A stretch of 39,952 bases of DNA from a virus (lineage: Duplodnaviria > Heunggongvirae > Uroviricota > Caudoviricetes). Position numbers and translations under genes: made by a program. Numbering within the stretch: the stretch's first letter is position 1; each line of letters opens with the position of its first letter. Positions 27,985-35,809 of this stretch are shown here, one piece after another. The notes beneath the pieces are model-generated. The model saw nothing but the letters and a program-made list of their open reading frames with translations, searched no databases and was not told the DNA's origin. The DNA lies in the IMG/VR virus record IMGVR_UViG_2880384115_000007; one strand, given 5' to 3'.

Positions 27985-27996
27985 GTGACATGTCAC
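27985..27996. repeat. Perfect 12-bp palindrome GTGACATGTCAC, copy 3 of 3
   Basis: Overlaps the stop codon of 27993..28340 directly upstream of the terminase operon. Confidence 0.8.
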
Positions 27997-28340
27997 ACTA
28001 TTAATTTCGTTTCATGCCAGCCTTTAGTCACCCAGCATTGCGAGTCACCATTACACGGGCATGAATTAACTGGAACTCTCTCGCCGCACTTACCGCAACG
28101 TTTTCTGCTGATCGATTTTATACGCCCGCGCACACGTGCATCATCCTGGCGGATCAGCAGCGCGATGTACTCGGCCATTTCATAGGGATCGCGACCAGGG
28201 CGCCGGGCGGCGCAGTTCCGCGCCAGCATTTCCTGCTCCTGCTTATCCAGCACCAGTTCAATTTTGCGCTCACCGGCGGCGGACTGCCGAGCGCGCTGCG
28301 CGGCTTTGCGTTCTGCGGGGGATTTAGCCACGAATCGCAC
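27993..28340 (-). CDS. Zinc-ribbon protein, basic N-terminus (hypothetical; late-regulator candidate)
   Basis: 115 aa; Arg/Lys-rich N-terminal half and C-terminal CGKCGERVPVNSCPCNGDSQC Cys cluster; immediately upstream of terminase genes; track start is GTG, so N-terminus uncertain. Confidence 0.4.
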   Translation of the reverse strand: MRFVAKSPAERKAAQRARQSAAGERKIELVLDKQEQEMLARNCAARRPGRDPYEMAEYIALLIRQDDARVRGRIKSISRKRCGKCGERVPVNSCPCNGDSQCWVTKGWHETKLIV

Positions 28341-28446
28341 TCCACGCCAGATTGATTAATGACTCCCAGGTAATATAAACCCGGATACCAGCAGCCAGGC
28401 CGAAACCAATCACCATGGCATAAAGCAGAGCGTTGCACTTGTTCAT
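28324..28446 (-). CDS. 40-aa hydrophobic peptide (hypothetical)
   Basis: In-frame ATG 28446 preceded by strong AGGAGGTGA RBS; product MNKCNALLYAMVIGFGLAAGIRVYITWESLINLAWSAIRG is a single TM helix. Confidence 0.35.
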   Translation of the reverse strand: MNKCNALLYAMVIGFGLAAGIRVYITWESLINLAWSAIRG

Positions 28447-29354
28447 CACTTCACCTCCTGCGGCGGTTCTGGTAGCGGCATCCAGTGTGACGGTTTCCAC
28501 GACGCACCAGGAATTATCCACCCATCATTAGCGTCAGGATGCCCCGGGATGTAAGTCGCCCATTTCATTCGCCAGTCACCTTTCCTGTCAAACTCCACGG
28601 CAACAAGAACGGCTGTTTTGGTATCCGGCATTCGCTCACTACAGCTTATCAAACCATCCGGAGTTACCGGATAGTTGCCAGCCAGTCTACGCAAAACAGT
28701 CTTAACCGCCTCAATACGGTCATCATCGCAACTTTCCAGCGTATCTATGCGATCGAGCATGATGATGGCGTTATCAATATCAGGATTGCCGGTCCACTCA
28801 TTACCGCGATTGGATTCGGCAGCCTGGTTGCCGCGTACTGGTTGATTATCGGCTTTACCCAGTCTGTCGTTGCTGCATGAATGCCCTTCCAGCAAGGCCA
28901 ATGCTTGTCGCATGAAATACGCAATATGTTTGCCGTGGTAATCGTCTTCATCGATGTGAAAAGCGATACTGCGGATGTATTCAATTGCGTTTTCAATGGC
29001 CTCAGGCGTTATCGGAGTTGGTCCATCGAATTCGGGCATGTCAGGACCTTTTCTGATAGCTTTAGCCAGCTCCAGCGGGTCATCGTAAAGCCAGTCGCCA
29101 GTTTGTGGGTGATTTGCTTCTGCAAGCTGCGCAGCCCATTCAAGACCATCTTTTTGACCTTGGAGATAATCAAGTGGCAACTCTTCATGATTACTTGCAG
29201 GTTCGGCACTATCAGCTTCGCGCCGCTTCTGTAGCTCTGCTGCCATCGCTCTCACGACTTCAACTGGTGCCCTTGCAGCAAACTCTATGTTGGTGATTAG
29301 CTCATTAAGATATTGCTCGCCTGGATACTGTTTCTTATCGGTTATAGTGGTCAT
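28446..29354 (-). CDS. DUF551-like phage protein
   Basis: Start at ATG 29354 with AAGGAGAG RBS (track start is TTG); C-terminal block WIIPGASWKPSHWMPLPEPP typical of DUF551. Confidence 0.5.
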   Translation of the reverse strand: MTTITDKKQYPGEQYLNELITNIEFAARAPVEVVRAMAAELQKRREADSAEPASNHEELPLDYLQGQKDGLEWAAQLAEANHPQTGDWLYDDPLELAKAIRKGPDMPEFDGPTPITPEAIENAIEYIRSIAFHIDEDDYHGKHIAYFMRQALALLEGHSCSNDRLGKADNQPVRGNQAAESNRGNEWTGNPDIDNAIIMLDRIDTLESCDDDRIEAVKTVLRRLAGNYPVTPDGLISCSERMPDTKTAVLVAVEFDRKGDWRMKWATYIPGHPDANDGWIIPGASWKPSHWMPLPEPPQEVK

Positions 29355-29355
29355 A

Positions 29356-30096
29356 TCACTCTCCTTTGATGCCAATGTTTACAGCTTGGCAAGCCTCTTT
29401 GAGCACCCAGTCAACAGCGTCTTTCCATGCTCCGGTTTCGACTGACGGGTTCTCACGTTTTACCTGCTCATAAAAACGCACCGCTTTAATCAGTCCTTCA
29501 GGTACTACTGGCGATGGCTGTTTAGCTTCTAAATCAGCAATTCTGTCAACTACGGCATCTACTGCATCTGAAAAACCGAACCAGTTACTCCACTCAGGCC
29601 TATCCCCGGTTGCTGCAAAATACATATCAGCTAAAGCAGACTCAGCATGGTCACGCTCGTTAATGAGTTGCTCTTCGCTTTTCTCCAGTTCAGCAATACG
29701 CTTACTTCCATCCGAGATAACACCTTCGTAATATTCACGCTGCTCGTTGAGTTTTGATTTTGCCAACTCCAGTTGTTTTGTTAGTTCCGCAATACGGCAA
29801 ACATCGTTGATACGCGTTTCCTCTAATGCGTTGATCTCATCCAACAATGCCAGCGCAACATTTGGATTAAAAGCAGCAATAAATTCAGCGTTTGCATAAG
29901 CCTGAACATCTGTTTCAACCAGGCAGTTAACATGACATTCCGCAATCACGCCACCTGGTTCTCCTTTCCATTTTTGACAAACAAAAACTCCTGTTAAATT
30001 GCCGTGTTGGTTAACAGATGTATGCCCTACGATGTAGCTTCCTTTAGTTGCTTTCTCTGCCTTTTCACGCAGTACCTGATAGTTAATGTTGCTCAC
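29356..30096 (-). CDS. Ead/Ea22-like protein
   Basis: N-terminus MSNINYQVLREKAEKATKG and central coiled coil match the Ea22-like early proteins of enterobacterial prophages; GTG start with AAGGAGG RBS. Confidence 0.5.
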   Translation of the reverse strand: MSNINYQVLREKAEKATKGSYIVGHTSVNQHGNLTGVFVCQKWKGEPGGVIAECHVNCLVETDVQAYANAEFIAAFNPNVALALLDEINALEETRINDVCRIAELTKQLELAKSKLNEQREYYEGVISDGSKRIAELEKSEEQLINERDHAESALADMYFAATGDRPEWSNWFGFSDAVDAVVDRIADLEAKQPSPVVPEGLIKAVRFYEQVKRENPSVETGAWKDAVDWVLKEACQAVNIGIKGE

Positions 30097-30400
30097 TGGT
30101 TGCCTCCTTTGCCGGGATTTCTAACTTTTGAGTGGTTGTATCAAATTCAAACAACTTAACCACGTCATCAAACAGGACATAATCACCATCAGGATCTTCA
30201 GTCATATCTGCGCCACAATCCTGACCGCACGAGTCACAACCATCCATATCAAGCTCGTATCGCTTGAGTTTTGCGATATTTGATAAATTCAGCGCCAGTA
30301 CAGCAAGGTCATAAACCTCATCAGCGGTATACCCGGCACCATGCCCATACATTTCAATACGGGATATGATTTCTTCTACACGTTGTTTTGTGATCGTCAT
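30083..30400 (-). CDS. Hypothetical acidic protein
   Basis: 105-aa ORF with GGAAGGTGAG RBS; Asp/Cys-rich. Confidence 0.4.
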   Translation of the reverse strand: MTITKQRVEEIISRIEMYGHGAGYTADEVYDLAVLALNLSNIAKLKRYELDMDGCDSCGQDCGADMTEDPDGDYVLFDDVVKLFEFDTTTQKLEIPAKEATSEQH

Positions 30401-30926
30401 TTTTACTCACCTTCCTGTTCTTCCAGAAAAATACGCATAGCCTCAAGCATCTCTTCGGTGTCATACGGTGACAACTTGTCACGCAGGATGTGTTCAATGC
30501 TGTTAATGAATTGCGGATTGCTTTGCGTTCAATTTCAGCCAGAAAAGCATCGGTGGCTGGAGTTTCGCTGTGGTGCAGGGCATCGTTGATAATCATTGCA
30601 GCAACTCCGGCCTGCCCTGCATCCGTGACCGACACATGCTCAAGAGTTACAGCCATTGCATGTTTCAGCCCCGCATTCTCCGCTGCCAGCGCCGAAAACT
30701 TCTCGTGTGCCAACTTAACAGCTGCATCAGCCTGCTTAATTGACTCAATCGCTTTCTGCTGGTCTTCGGCCAGCGCATTAGCACGCACCAGTTGCACTTC
30801 CAGTTGCGTTGCCAAATCGCTGATCAGCTTTGCCACACTGCGCATATCAACGGCACCACATTCTGCTTTCAGTTCCGAAGCCATCTCATGCCCGGCGGCA
30901 ACTAACCCTTTGATATTACTTTCCAT
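30354..30926 (-). CDS. Hypothetical protein, possible frameshift near the 3' end
   Basis: 190-aa ORF with GAGGG RBS; last ~45 aa look non-native and overlap the next gene by 46 bp, while an alternate frame ends cleanly 2 nt before the next start. Confidence 0.4.
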   Translation of the reverse strand: MESNIKGLVAAGHEMASELKAECGAVDMRSVAKLISDLATQLEVQLVRANALAEDQQKAIESIKQADAAVKLAHEKFSALAAENAGLKHAMAVTLEHVSVTDAGQAGVAAMIINDALHHSETPATDAFLAEIERKAIRNSLTALNTSCVTSCHRMTPKRCLRLCVFFWKNRKVSKNDDHKTTCRRNHIPY

Positions 30927-30987
30927 CTTTACCCTCGCTTATCCACATAACTTATTGATAACATTGATAACTAAAAAGATCGTCGAT

Positions 30988-31332
30988 TCAGAACTCTTCG
31001 ATATTCCAGCCACCACCTGCTTTCTTTGGTTTAACCGTTACCCCGATGATTCGGAACGGATACTGATCTGCGGCGACTTTGGTTTTCACCCTGGCGTCGT
31101 CGGTCCAGAAACCTTTCACTTCGTGCAGTTCCATCTCGCCGGTGGCGAGCATCACAGCAAAATCGGGCGTATAGAACGTGTTGTCAGCTAACCGCAGCTT
31201 GATACCCTCAAATCGATACCAGACGATTTCTCCTGCACGTTTACGCAGCTCAAGGTGCTGGCAATACGCAGATTCTGTTTTGTTCATCTGACCTGTTTTG
31301 AGTCGACCAAGAGCCTGTATCTGTTTTCTCAT
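30988..31332 (-). CDS. PD-(D/E)XK-type nuclease (DUF1064/resolvase-like), putative
   Basis: 114 aa with YTPDF...ELHEVKG nuclease-like motif; RBS GAGG lies inside a TTACC-N5-GGTAA dyad. Confidence 0.45.
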   Translation of the reverse strand: MRKQIQALGRLKTGQMNKTESAYCQHLELRKRAGEIVWYRFEGIKLRLADNTFYTPDFAVMLATGEMELHEVKGFWTDDARVKTKVAADQYPFRIIGVTVKPKKAGGGWNIEEF

Positions 31333-31335
31333 GAT

Positions 31336-31412
31336 TTACCTCTGAGGTAATTAAAAACCACATAAGACACGAAATCAATAGATTTTAGAATATTTTATTA
31401 CCTAACAGGTAA
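31336..31412. promoter_or_regulatory. Promoter/operator cassette with two TTACC-N5-GGTAA dyads and conserved box
   Basis: Dyads at 31336..31350 and 31398..31412; box AAAAACCACATA at 31353..31364; TCGACA-like hexamer just upstream in gene orientation. Confidence 0.55.
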
Positions 31413-31449
31413 TTGTCGAGGCGTAAAAAAATGCGCTATCGCGCTGGTA

Positions 31450-32250
31450 TTACTTGATAAATCCTGCCGCCTTTCCCCGCCTGTATTCCTCCATCAGCCA
31501 CTGCGCCGGTGTTATTCCCCCAAGGGTGGCGGCGTTAGGCATGCACCCGAAACTTCGCCCTGGTGGATGGTAAACGTCTCTCCCTGTGTCCGGAGGCGTA
31601 CTCATGGGCTCTGGCTTTGCCTGTATGCTGATCACCGGATCGGGTATCTGCTGTCCGGAAGCCACCTTTTTCGCCCAATCATCGAGCAGCCTGCGTGCGT
31701 GTTTCTCAACCTCAATCTCGCTAAGCTGGCGCTGATACATTGCACGGCGGGTATCACATACGACCCAGTACATAACCGGATGTCGCCACGGGAATCTTTC
31801 GGGACCACCAGGATATAAACTTTTTTCCTTGCTGTACCGGTGAAACTCCGCCATCACATCGTCAATGGTGACGCCAAGAACCATCTTGCTGTCTTTGCAC
31901 CACTTGATAAATTGCCCTGGAGACGGCCAGAACGGAGATTCACTGGCGCGGGCGTGGCGCATACCAGCAGAAACCTGTTCACGGGTTCGGATCCCCCCTT
32001 CGGCAAACGCAGCAATCCACTGCTGTTTTGCAGCAACTTCCTGCTCTGGCGTCTTCAGGTTGGTTACCACTGCCGCCGGAAACAGTTGTTTCAGCTGTTT
32101 AAAAAGGGCATCAACAAGCCTCTCTGCTGACATGTTCACCACATTGTCATTGTTGACGTACTGATGCTCATAACCTGACATGCGAGAAAGGGCTTCTCCG
32201 TCACGGTTTTGTATCGCGGTAAAAACGTTGTTCACAAGAAATCCTCCCAT
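31450..32250 (-). CDS. Replication protein P-like (helicase loader)
   Basis: Block QWIAAFAEGGIRTREQVSAGMRHARASESPFWPSPGQFIKWCKD closely parallels lambda P (QWVLAFRENGITTMEQVNAGMRVARRQNRPFLPSPGQFVAWCRE, recalled from memory); follows the O-like gene. Confidence 0.7.
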   Translation of the reverse strand: MGGFLVNNVFTAIQNRDGEALSRMSGYEHQYVNNDNVVNMSAERLVDALFKQLKQLFPAAVVTNLKTPEQEVAAKQQWIAAFAEGGIRTREQVSAGMRHARASESPFWPSPGQFIKWCKDSKMVLGVTIDDVMAEFHRYSKEKSLYPGGPERFPWRHPVMYWVVCDTRRAMYQRQLSEIEVEKHARRLLDDWAKKVASGQQIPDPVISIQAKPEPMSTPPDTGRDVYHPPGRSFGCMPNAATLGGITPAQWLMEEYRRGKAAGFIK

Positions 32251-33047
32251 GCTTCAGGGCTGTTCCAGTGCGGAACGTTGTTATCAGGTAATGTTGATTG
32301 CTTCTGTCTGCTAATCTGCAGCCGCCTTGCCAGCTTCTGCTCCCACTGTGCCTGATGGTATGCCTTACCCTCAGCCATCCAGTAAATTCTGAACTCTGCA
32401 AGTTCCTGTGCCGTTGGCAGACTGTCCAGGTAGATCCCCTGCAATGAGCTTTTCCGAAGAAAGTCATCTGATGGCTGCCATTGTTCATGCATGACAAATT
32501 TGCCTAATTGCCCTGGCCCACCAGGAGGAACAAAGTTATTCATCACGGCGTTGTTTGCGCCGGGGTCATGAGGCACAGAATCCCCGCTTTTTGTCCTGCT
32601 CTCCCTCTCTTGGTTAAATGACTGGTTATATGACTGGTTCTGGATCCCGTTTTTGGGATCATTCAACATCCCGTTTTTGGGATCATTCAACATCCCGTTT
32701 TTGGGTATATTCCCGTTTTCGGTAACATTACCGTTTTCGGGTTCATTGCCCCCCTCCCGGTTGCCTTTAATGTTCCCGTTTTTGGTTATATTAAGAGAGA
32801 AAACCCGCACTCTTTTTGTCGCTCCCTTTCTCTCTCCGGTATCTGAAATAAGCCCCATTTTCATGAGCGATATAAGCCCGGCCTGCACGGTTTTTTTATT
32901 CAGGCAAGTGTCTTTAACGAGGCGTTCTATGCTGGGGTAGCAGAGGTTATATTCATCGGCTCTGTCAGCCATCGAGAGCAGTATGAGCTTTAATGATGAG
33001 CTACCTGGATCTGTCTCCCAGGCCCAATCTGTTGCATGTCTGCTCAT
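32232..33047 (-). CDS. Replication initiator O-like protein with internal origin
   Basis: N-terminal HTH-like domain, central NGMLNDPK tandem repeat encoded by DNA iterons, C-terminal domain; GGAG RBS; precedes the P-like gene as in lambdoid replication modules. Confidence 0.6.
   Translation of the reverse strand: MSRHATDWAWETDPGSSSLKLILLSMADRADEYNLCYPSIERLVKDTCLNKKTVQAGLISLMKMGLISDTGERKGATKRVRVFSLNITKNGNIKGNREGGNEPENGNVTENGNIPKNGMLNDPKNGMLNDPKNGIQNQSYNQSFNQERESRTKSGDSVPHDPGANNAVMNNFVPPGGPGQLGKFVMHEQWQPSDDFLRKSSLQGIYLDSLPTAQELAEFRIYWMAEGKAYHQAQWEQKLARRLQISRQKQSTLPDNNVPHWNSPEAWEDFL
32644..32790. repeat. Iteron array (putative origin of replication) inside the O-like gene
   Basis: Two perfect 24-bp tandem repeats ATCCCGTTTTTGGGATCATTCAAC (32644..32691), each with an internal ATCCC...GGGAT inverted repeat, plus at least four degenerate copies; flanked by direct repeat TGACTGGTT at 32618..32640. 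Confidence 0.7.
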
Positions 33048-33062
33048 GATTAATCTCCGCTA

Positions 33063-33263
33063 TCAGCTTGAGTGTTGTGGGGAGGAATTAATCATGATCT
33101 GCTTAATCTCTGCCCTGATGCGACGGTTTGATTCCATGGTGCACTCAACACAGTGTCCGTTGTAAACCCAGCGTTCACTGTCATGTCCGTGCTTACATGG
33201 TTTTCCGGTGTAGTAGCGTTTAAGTCCGCGCTTTGCGGCATCAATACGTGTAATGATTTCCAT
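33063..33263 (-). CDS. Small Cys/His-rich (zinc-finger-like) protein in the cII position
   Basis: ATG at 33263 gives 66 aa with CKHGHDSERWVYNGHCVEC; the track's longer version starts at TTG. Confidence 0.4.
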   Translation of the reverse strand: MEIITRIDAAKRGLKRYYTGKPCKHGHDSERWVYNGHCVECTMESNRRIRAEIKQIMINSSPQHSS

Positions 33264-33372
33264 GGTAAGCCCTGTTATTAGTATTGGGATTACGGTTATT
33301 TTGTGCTGACACAAAAAAAAGATCAACCATATTTGGTTTTTTATTACCTTTAAGGTGCGAATAGATATGAAA

Positions 33373-33392
33373 AGACCGCCGGGTGGCGGTCT
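33373..33392 (-). terminator. Stem-loop downstream of the cro-like gene (possible weak terminator)
   Basis: Perfect 8-bp stem AGACCGCC / GGCGGTCT with GGGT loop; only three U follow on the minus strand, so intrinsic termination is uncertain. Confidence 0.35.
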
Positions 33393-33413
33393 ACAGAGGG
33401 GTGTAGCTGGATA

Positions 33414-33644
33414 TCATGAGTAGAAGAAGTATGCCAGTTCTGCTTTTGAGCGCAACCATTGTCTTGTTTTACAGGCTTTAAAAAGCCCATTCATCAATAC
33501 TTTACCTGGCATTTTGCGCTTACCTGTTAAGTGAGTCTGGATATAGTGACTCGTCGTTCCGGCTTCCTGTGCGAAGGCTTCACGCTCATCCGGAGTAAGT
33601 GCAAGCCAGTGCTTTTTGAAATCGAAATGTCCGTTATCGCTCAT
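33414..33644 (-). CDS. Cro-like small regulator (putative)
   Basis: 76 aa, divergent from the CI-like gene across a 154-bp region with three operator dyads, followed by a stem-loop and the O/P genes; call rests on position, no sequence match to known Cro. Confidence 0.45.
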   Translation of the reverse strand: MSDNGHFDFKKHWLALTPDEREAFAQEAGTTSHYIQTHLTGKRKMPGKVLMNGLFKACKTRQWLRSKAELAYFFYS

Positions 33645-33680
33645 AGCTATTGCCTGATATTTATTTCAGATAATAAATAT

Positions 33681-33743
33681 TCACCCATAAGGTAACAAAA
33701 ATCAAGGATAGTTACCTATGAGGTGCATTTACCCGTTGGGTAA
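33681..33743. promoter_or_regulatory. Tripartite operator region between cI-like and cro-like genes
   Basis: Three dyads with identical 5-bp spacing: TCACC-N5-GGTAA (33681..33695), TTACC-N5-GGTGC (33712..33726), TTACC-N5-GGTAA (33729..33743). Confidence 0.6.
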
Positions 33744-33798
33744 TATTGCTTTAAATTGAATCATCTACTGATTCATATATGAGGCGATTTTCCAGAAA

Positions 33799-34383
33799 AT
33801 GAAAAGTATCCAGGACGTCCGCAGGCAAAATCTCAACGACTTGATCGACCGTGAATTCAATGGTGTTCAGACGCGGATGGCAGAAAAACTTGGAACTCAG
33901 GCAAATCTGGTAAACCGCTGGGCTCTTGGCAAGAAGGTTATCGGCGACCAGGTTGCGCGAAAAATTGAAGCTGCCGCCAATAAACCACGTAACTGGCTTG
34001 ATATCGATCGCTCGCTTTCTCAGGAAGGTTTTCAGCCTGTCGGCCCAAGCGACATTGGTCAGCTGGCGGCTCACAACCTGGAACGCTGGATGAGCGAAAG
34101 CCGCGACCTTTCAACACAGGGAAAACTTCACCGCGCATCCGGCGTCGCCCAGGTGACAATCAGCCGCCTGTTAAACAATGAGGTCAGCGTTTCCATTTCC
34201 ACCCTGGAGAATGTTGCATCCGCATTCGGGCGTCACGGCTATGAATTACTGATTCACCCGCACGACCCTGCGACCATCAACTATGACCGCTCGCGCTACG
34301 CATTGTTACCCGAAACCGAGAAAGCAAAGATCGAAAGTTATATTGAATTTGTCATCAACCAGAACGAAAAAAACAAACAATAA
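33799..34383 (+). CDS. CI-like prophage repressor, two HTH domains, no S24 peptidase domain
   Basis: N-terminus (MKSIQDVRRQNLNDLIDREFNGVQTRMAEKLGTQANLVNRWALGKK) resembles phage CI-repressor HTH domains; second HTH-like segment (VAQVTISRLLNNEVSVSISTLENVA); no Ala-Gly / Ser...Lys autocleavage module. Confidence 0.65.
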   Translation: MKSIQDVRRQNLNDLIDREFNGVQTRMAEKLGTQANLVNRWALGKKVIGDQVARKIEAAANKPRNWLDIDRSLSQEGFQPVGPSDIGQLAAHNLERWMSESRDLSTQGKLHRASGVAQVTISRLLNNEVSVSISTLENVASAFGRHGYELLIHPHDPATINYDRSRYALLPETEKAKIESYIEFVINQNEKNKQ

Positions 34384-34403
34384 AATCATACTTTTCAGTA
34401 AGT

Positions 34404-34428
34404 AAGCCGCCTTCTGGCGGCTTTTTTA
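34404..34428 (+). terminator. Rho-independent terminator after the repressor gene
   Basis: GCCGCC-ttct-GGCGGC followed by six T. Confidence 0.75.
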
Positions 34429-34440
34429 TTGCCTATACTA

Positions 34441-34517
34441 TTACCTAATGGGTAATTTTTTTAACTCATATCTATTGACATCAAACCAAATACGCATAAT
34501 TATTACCTCAACGGTAA
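34441..34517 (+). promoter_or_regulatory. PL-like early promoter with two operator dyads
   Basis: Dyads at 34441..34455 and 34503..34517 bracket a consensus -35 TTGACA (34475..34480); the second dyad sits where the -10/+1 is expected. Confidence 0.55.
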
Positions 34518-34536
34518 CAGACCGAGGTAACAAGTT

Positions 34537-34689
34537 ATGCAGTGGAAAATCATCAACGGTTGGTACTGCGTTACTGCATGCGGATTCATGAGCTGGAAGT
34601 TCCGCACCTTACAGGAAGGCATTAAGTGGGCTTTCGTCAGCAAAGAAGCTCGCGATGTGGCCAACGATAACGAGATATGGGAGGGCTGA
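34537..34689 (+). CDS. Small hypothetical protein, first gene of the early plus-strand operon
   Basis: 50-aa ORF (MQWKIINGWYCVTACGFMSWKF...) with GAGG RBS; not in the supplied track because it is under 60 aa. Confidence 0.3.
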   Translation: MQWKIINGWYCVTACGFMSWKFRTLQEGIKWAFVSKEARDVANDNEIWEG

Positions 34690-34691
34690 TA

Positions 34692-34991
34692 ATGAACGTT
34701 AATCAGCAGAAAAATCTTCAAAAAATCATGCTGGCATTCGACAAGGACTACCGCCTGTCAGAACAGCTATATGACCGACAAGTTGAACTGATCGAGAGCA
34801 TCCGGCTTCATCAACTGGCCTCAACTTTTGACGCTGTAACAGGCAAAGGAGTTCGCCAGGAAGTGCTGGAGGCAGCTAAAGACAGCCATGAGTTCGAAGA
34901 ACTTATGGATGCCTACCGGCGCGAGGCAATGGCAATTATCGCCCGCTGGGATCTGGCGGATCGGATTGATGGGCAGAGGGAAGCGGCATGA
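34692..34991 (+). CDS. Hypothetical protein
   Basis: Start placed at MNVNQQ (ATG 34692), directly after the upstream small ORF stop; about 99 aa helical protein; coupled to the exonuclease gene. Confidence 0.45.
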   Translation: MNVNQQKNLQKIMLAFDKDYRLSEQLYDRQVELIESIRLHQLASTFDAVTGKGVRQEVLEAAKDSHEFEELMDAYRREAMAIIARWDLADRIDGQREAA

Positions 34992-35809
34992 AACCGGGAA
35001 TTTATTTCGACATCAGCAACGAAGACTACCACGCCGGTGACGGCGTGAGTAAGTCGCAACTGGACATGGTTGCCAAGAATCCGGCGCTTCTTAAATGGGT
35101 TCAGGCAGCACCAGAAGACGAAGAGAAAAAGTCTGCACTGGATATGGGAACCGCATTGCACTGTCTGCTTCTGGAGCCTGGAGAATTCGACAAACGCTTC
35201 ATTGTTTCACCGAAGTTCGATCGTCGGACAAAACAAGGTAAAGCTGACGAAGAAGCATTTCTTCGTGATGTGGCGGATATGGGTATTACGGTACTTGATG
35301 TCGAGCAGTGGCGAAAACTGGAGCTGATGCGTGATAGCGCAATGGCTCATCCGGCGGCACGCTGGATGCTGGAAGCACCTGGTTACTGCGAAGCATCAAT
35401 GTACTGGAACGATGAAGAGACGGGTGAGTTGTGCCGAATTCGTCCAGACAAATGGCTGAACGAGCACAACGTGATCGTCGACGTGAAAAAGGTTGCAGAT
35501 ATGGACCGTTTTGCACGCCACATCGAGGAATTCCGCTACCACGTGCAGGACGCAATGTACCGCGAAGGCGCAATGAGGGTTACTGGTCAGCCGCATGGTT
35601 TTTTCTTTCTTGCCGTCAGCGAAAGCATTGATTGTGGTCGGTATCCGGTACGCGTGTTCGAGCTGGATGCGCCAGATGTCGATGCCGGGCACGCTCTGTT
35701 CCGCCGGGATCTGAATACCTATCACGAATGCCGCATCAACGATGAATGGGGCGGAGTGGAAATTATTAAACGCCCTGACTGGGCACGTAAACAGGATATG
35801 TACGTATGA
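34988..35809 (+). CDS. PD-(D/E)XK exonuclease (RecE/YqaJ-like recombination exonuclease)
   Basis: 273 aa with nuclease-like D...E.K spacing; immediately upstream of and coupled to recT. Confidence 0.55.
   Translation: MKPGIYFDISNEDYHAGDGVSKSQLDMVAKNPALLKWVQAAPEDEEKKSALDMGTALHCLLLEPGEFDKRFIVSPKFDRRTKQGKADEEAFLRDVADMGITVLDVEQWRKLELMRDSAMAHPAARWMLEAPGYCEASMYWNDEETGELCRIRPDKWLNEHNVIVDVKKVADMDRFARHIEEFRYHVQDAMYREGAMRVTGQPHGFFFLAVSESIDCGRYPVRVFELDAPDVDAGHALFRRDLNTYHECRINDEWGGVEIIKRPDWARKQDMYV

Noticed and set aside
30939-30971. Consensus DnaA box TTATCCACA (30939..30947) plus direct repeat TTGATAAC x2 (30955..30971)
   Set aside because: A single 9-mer match is expected by chance in 40 kb on two strands; there is no cluster of boxes or adjacent AT-rich unwinding element. 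Left as unsupported.
32644-32792. Tandem repeats as a possible CRISPR array
   Set aside because: Repeats are contiguous with no spacers, lie inside a replication initiator gene and encode its peptide repeats; they are origin iterons. No cas genes in the window.
27993-33047. Lambda-type Q antiterminator or N protein
   Set aside because: No ORF has a recognisable Q or N signature; the zinc-ribbon protein at 27993..28340 is only a positional candidate for a late regulator.
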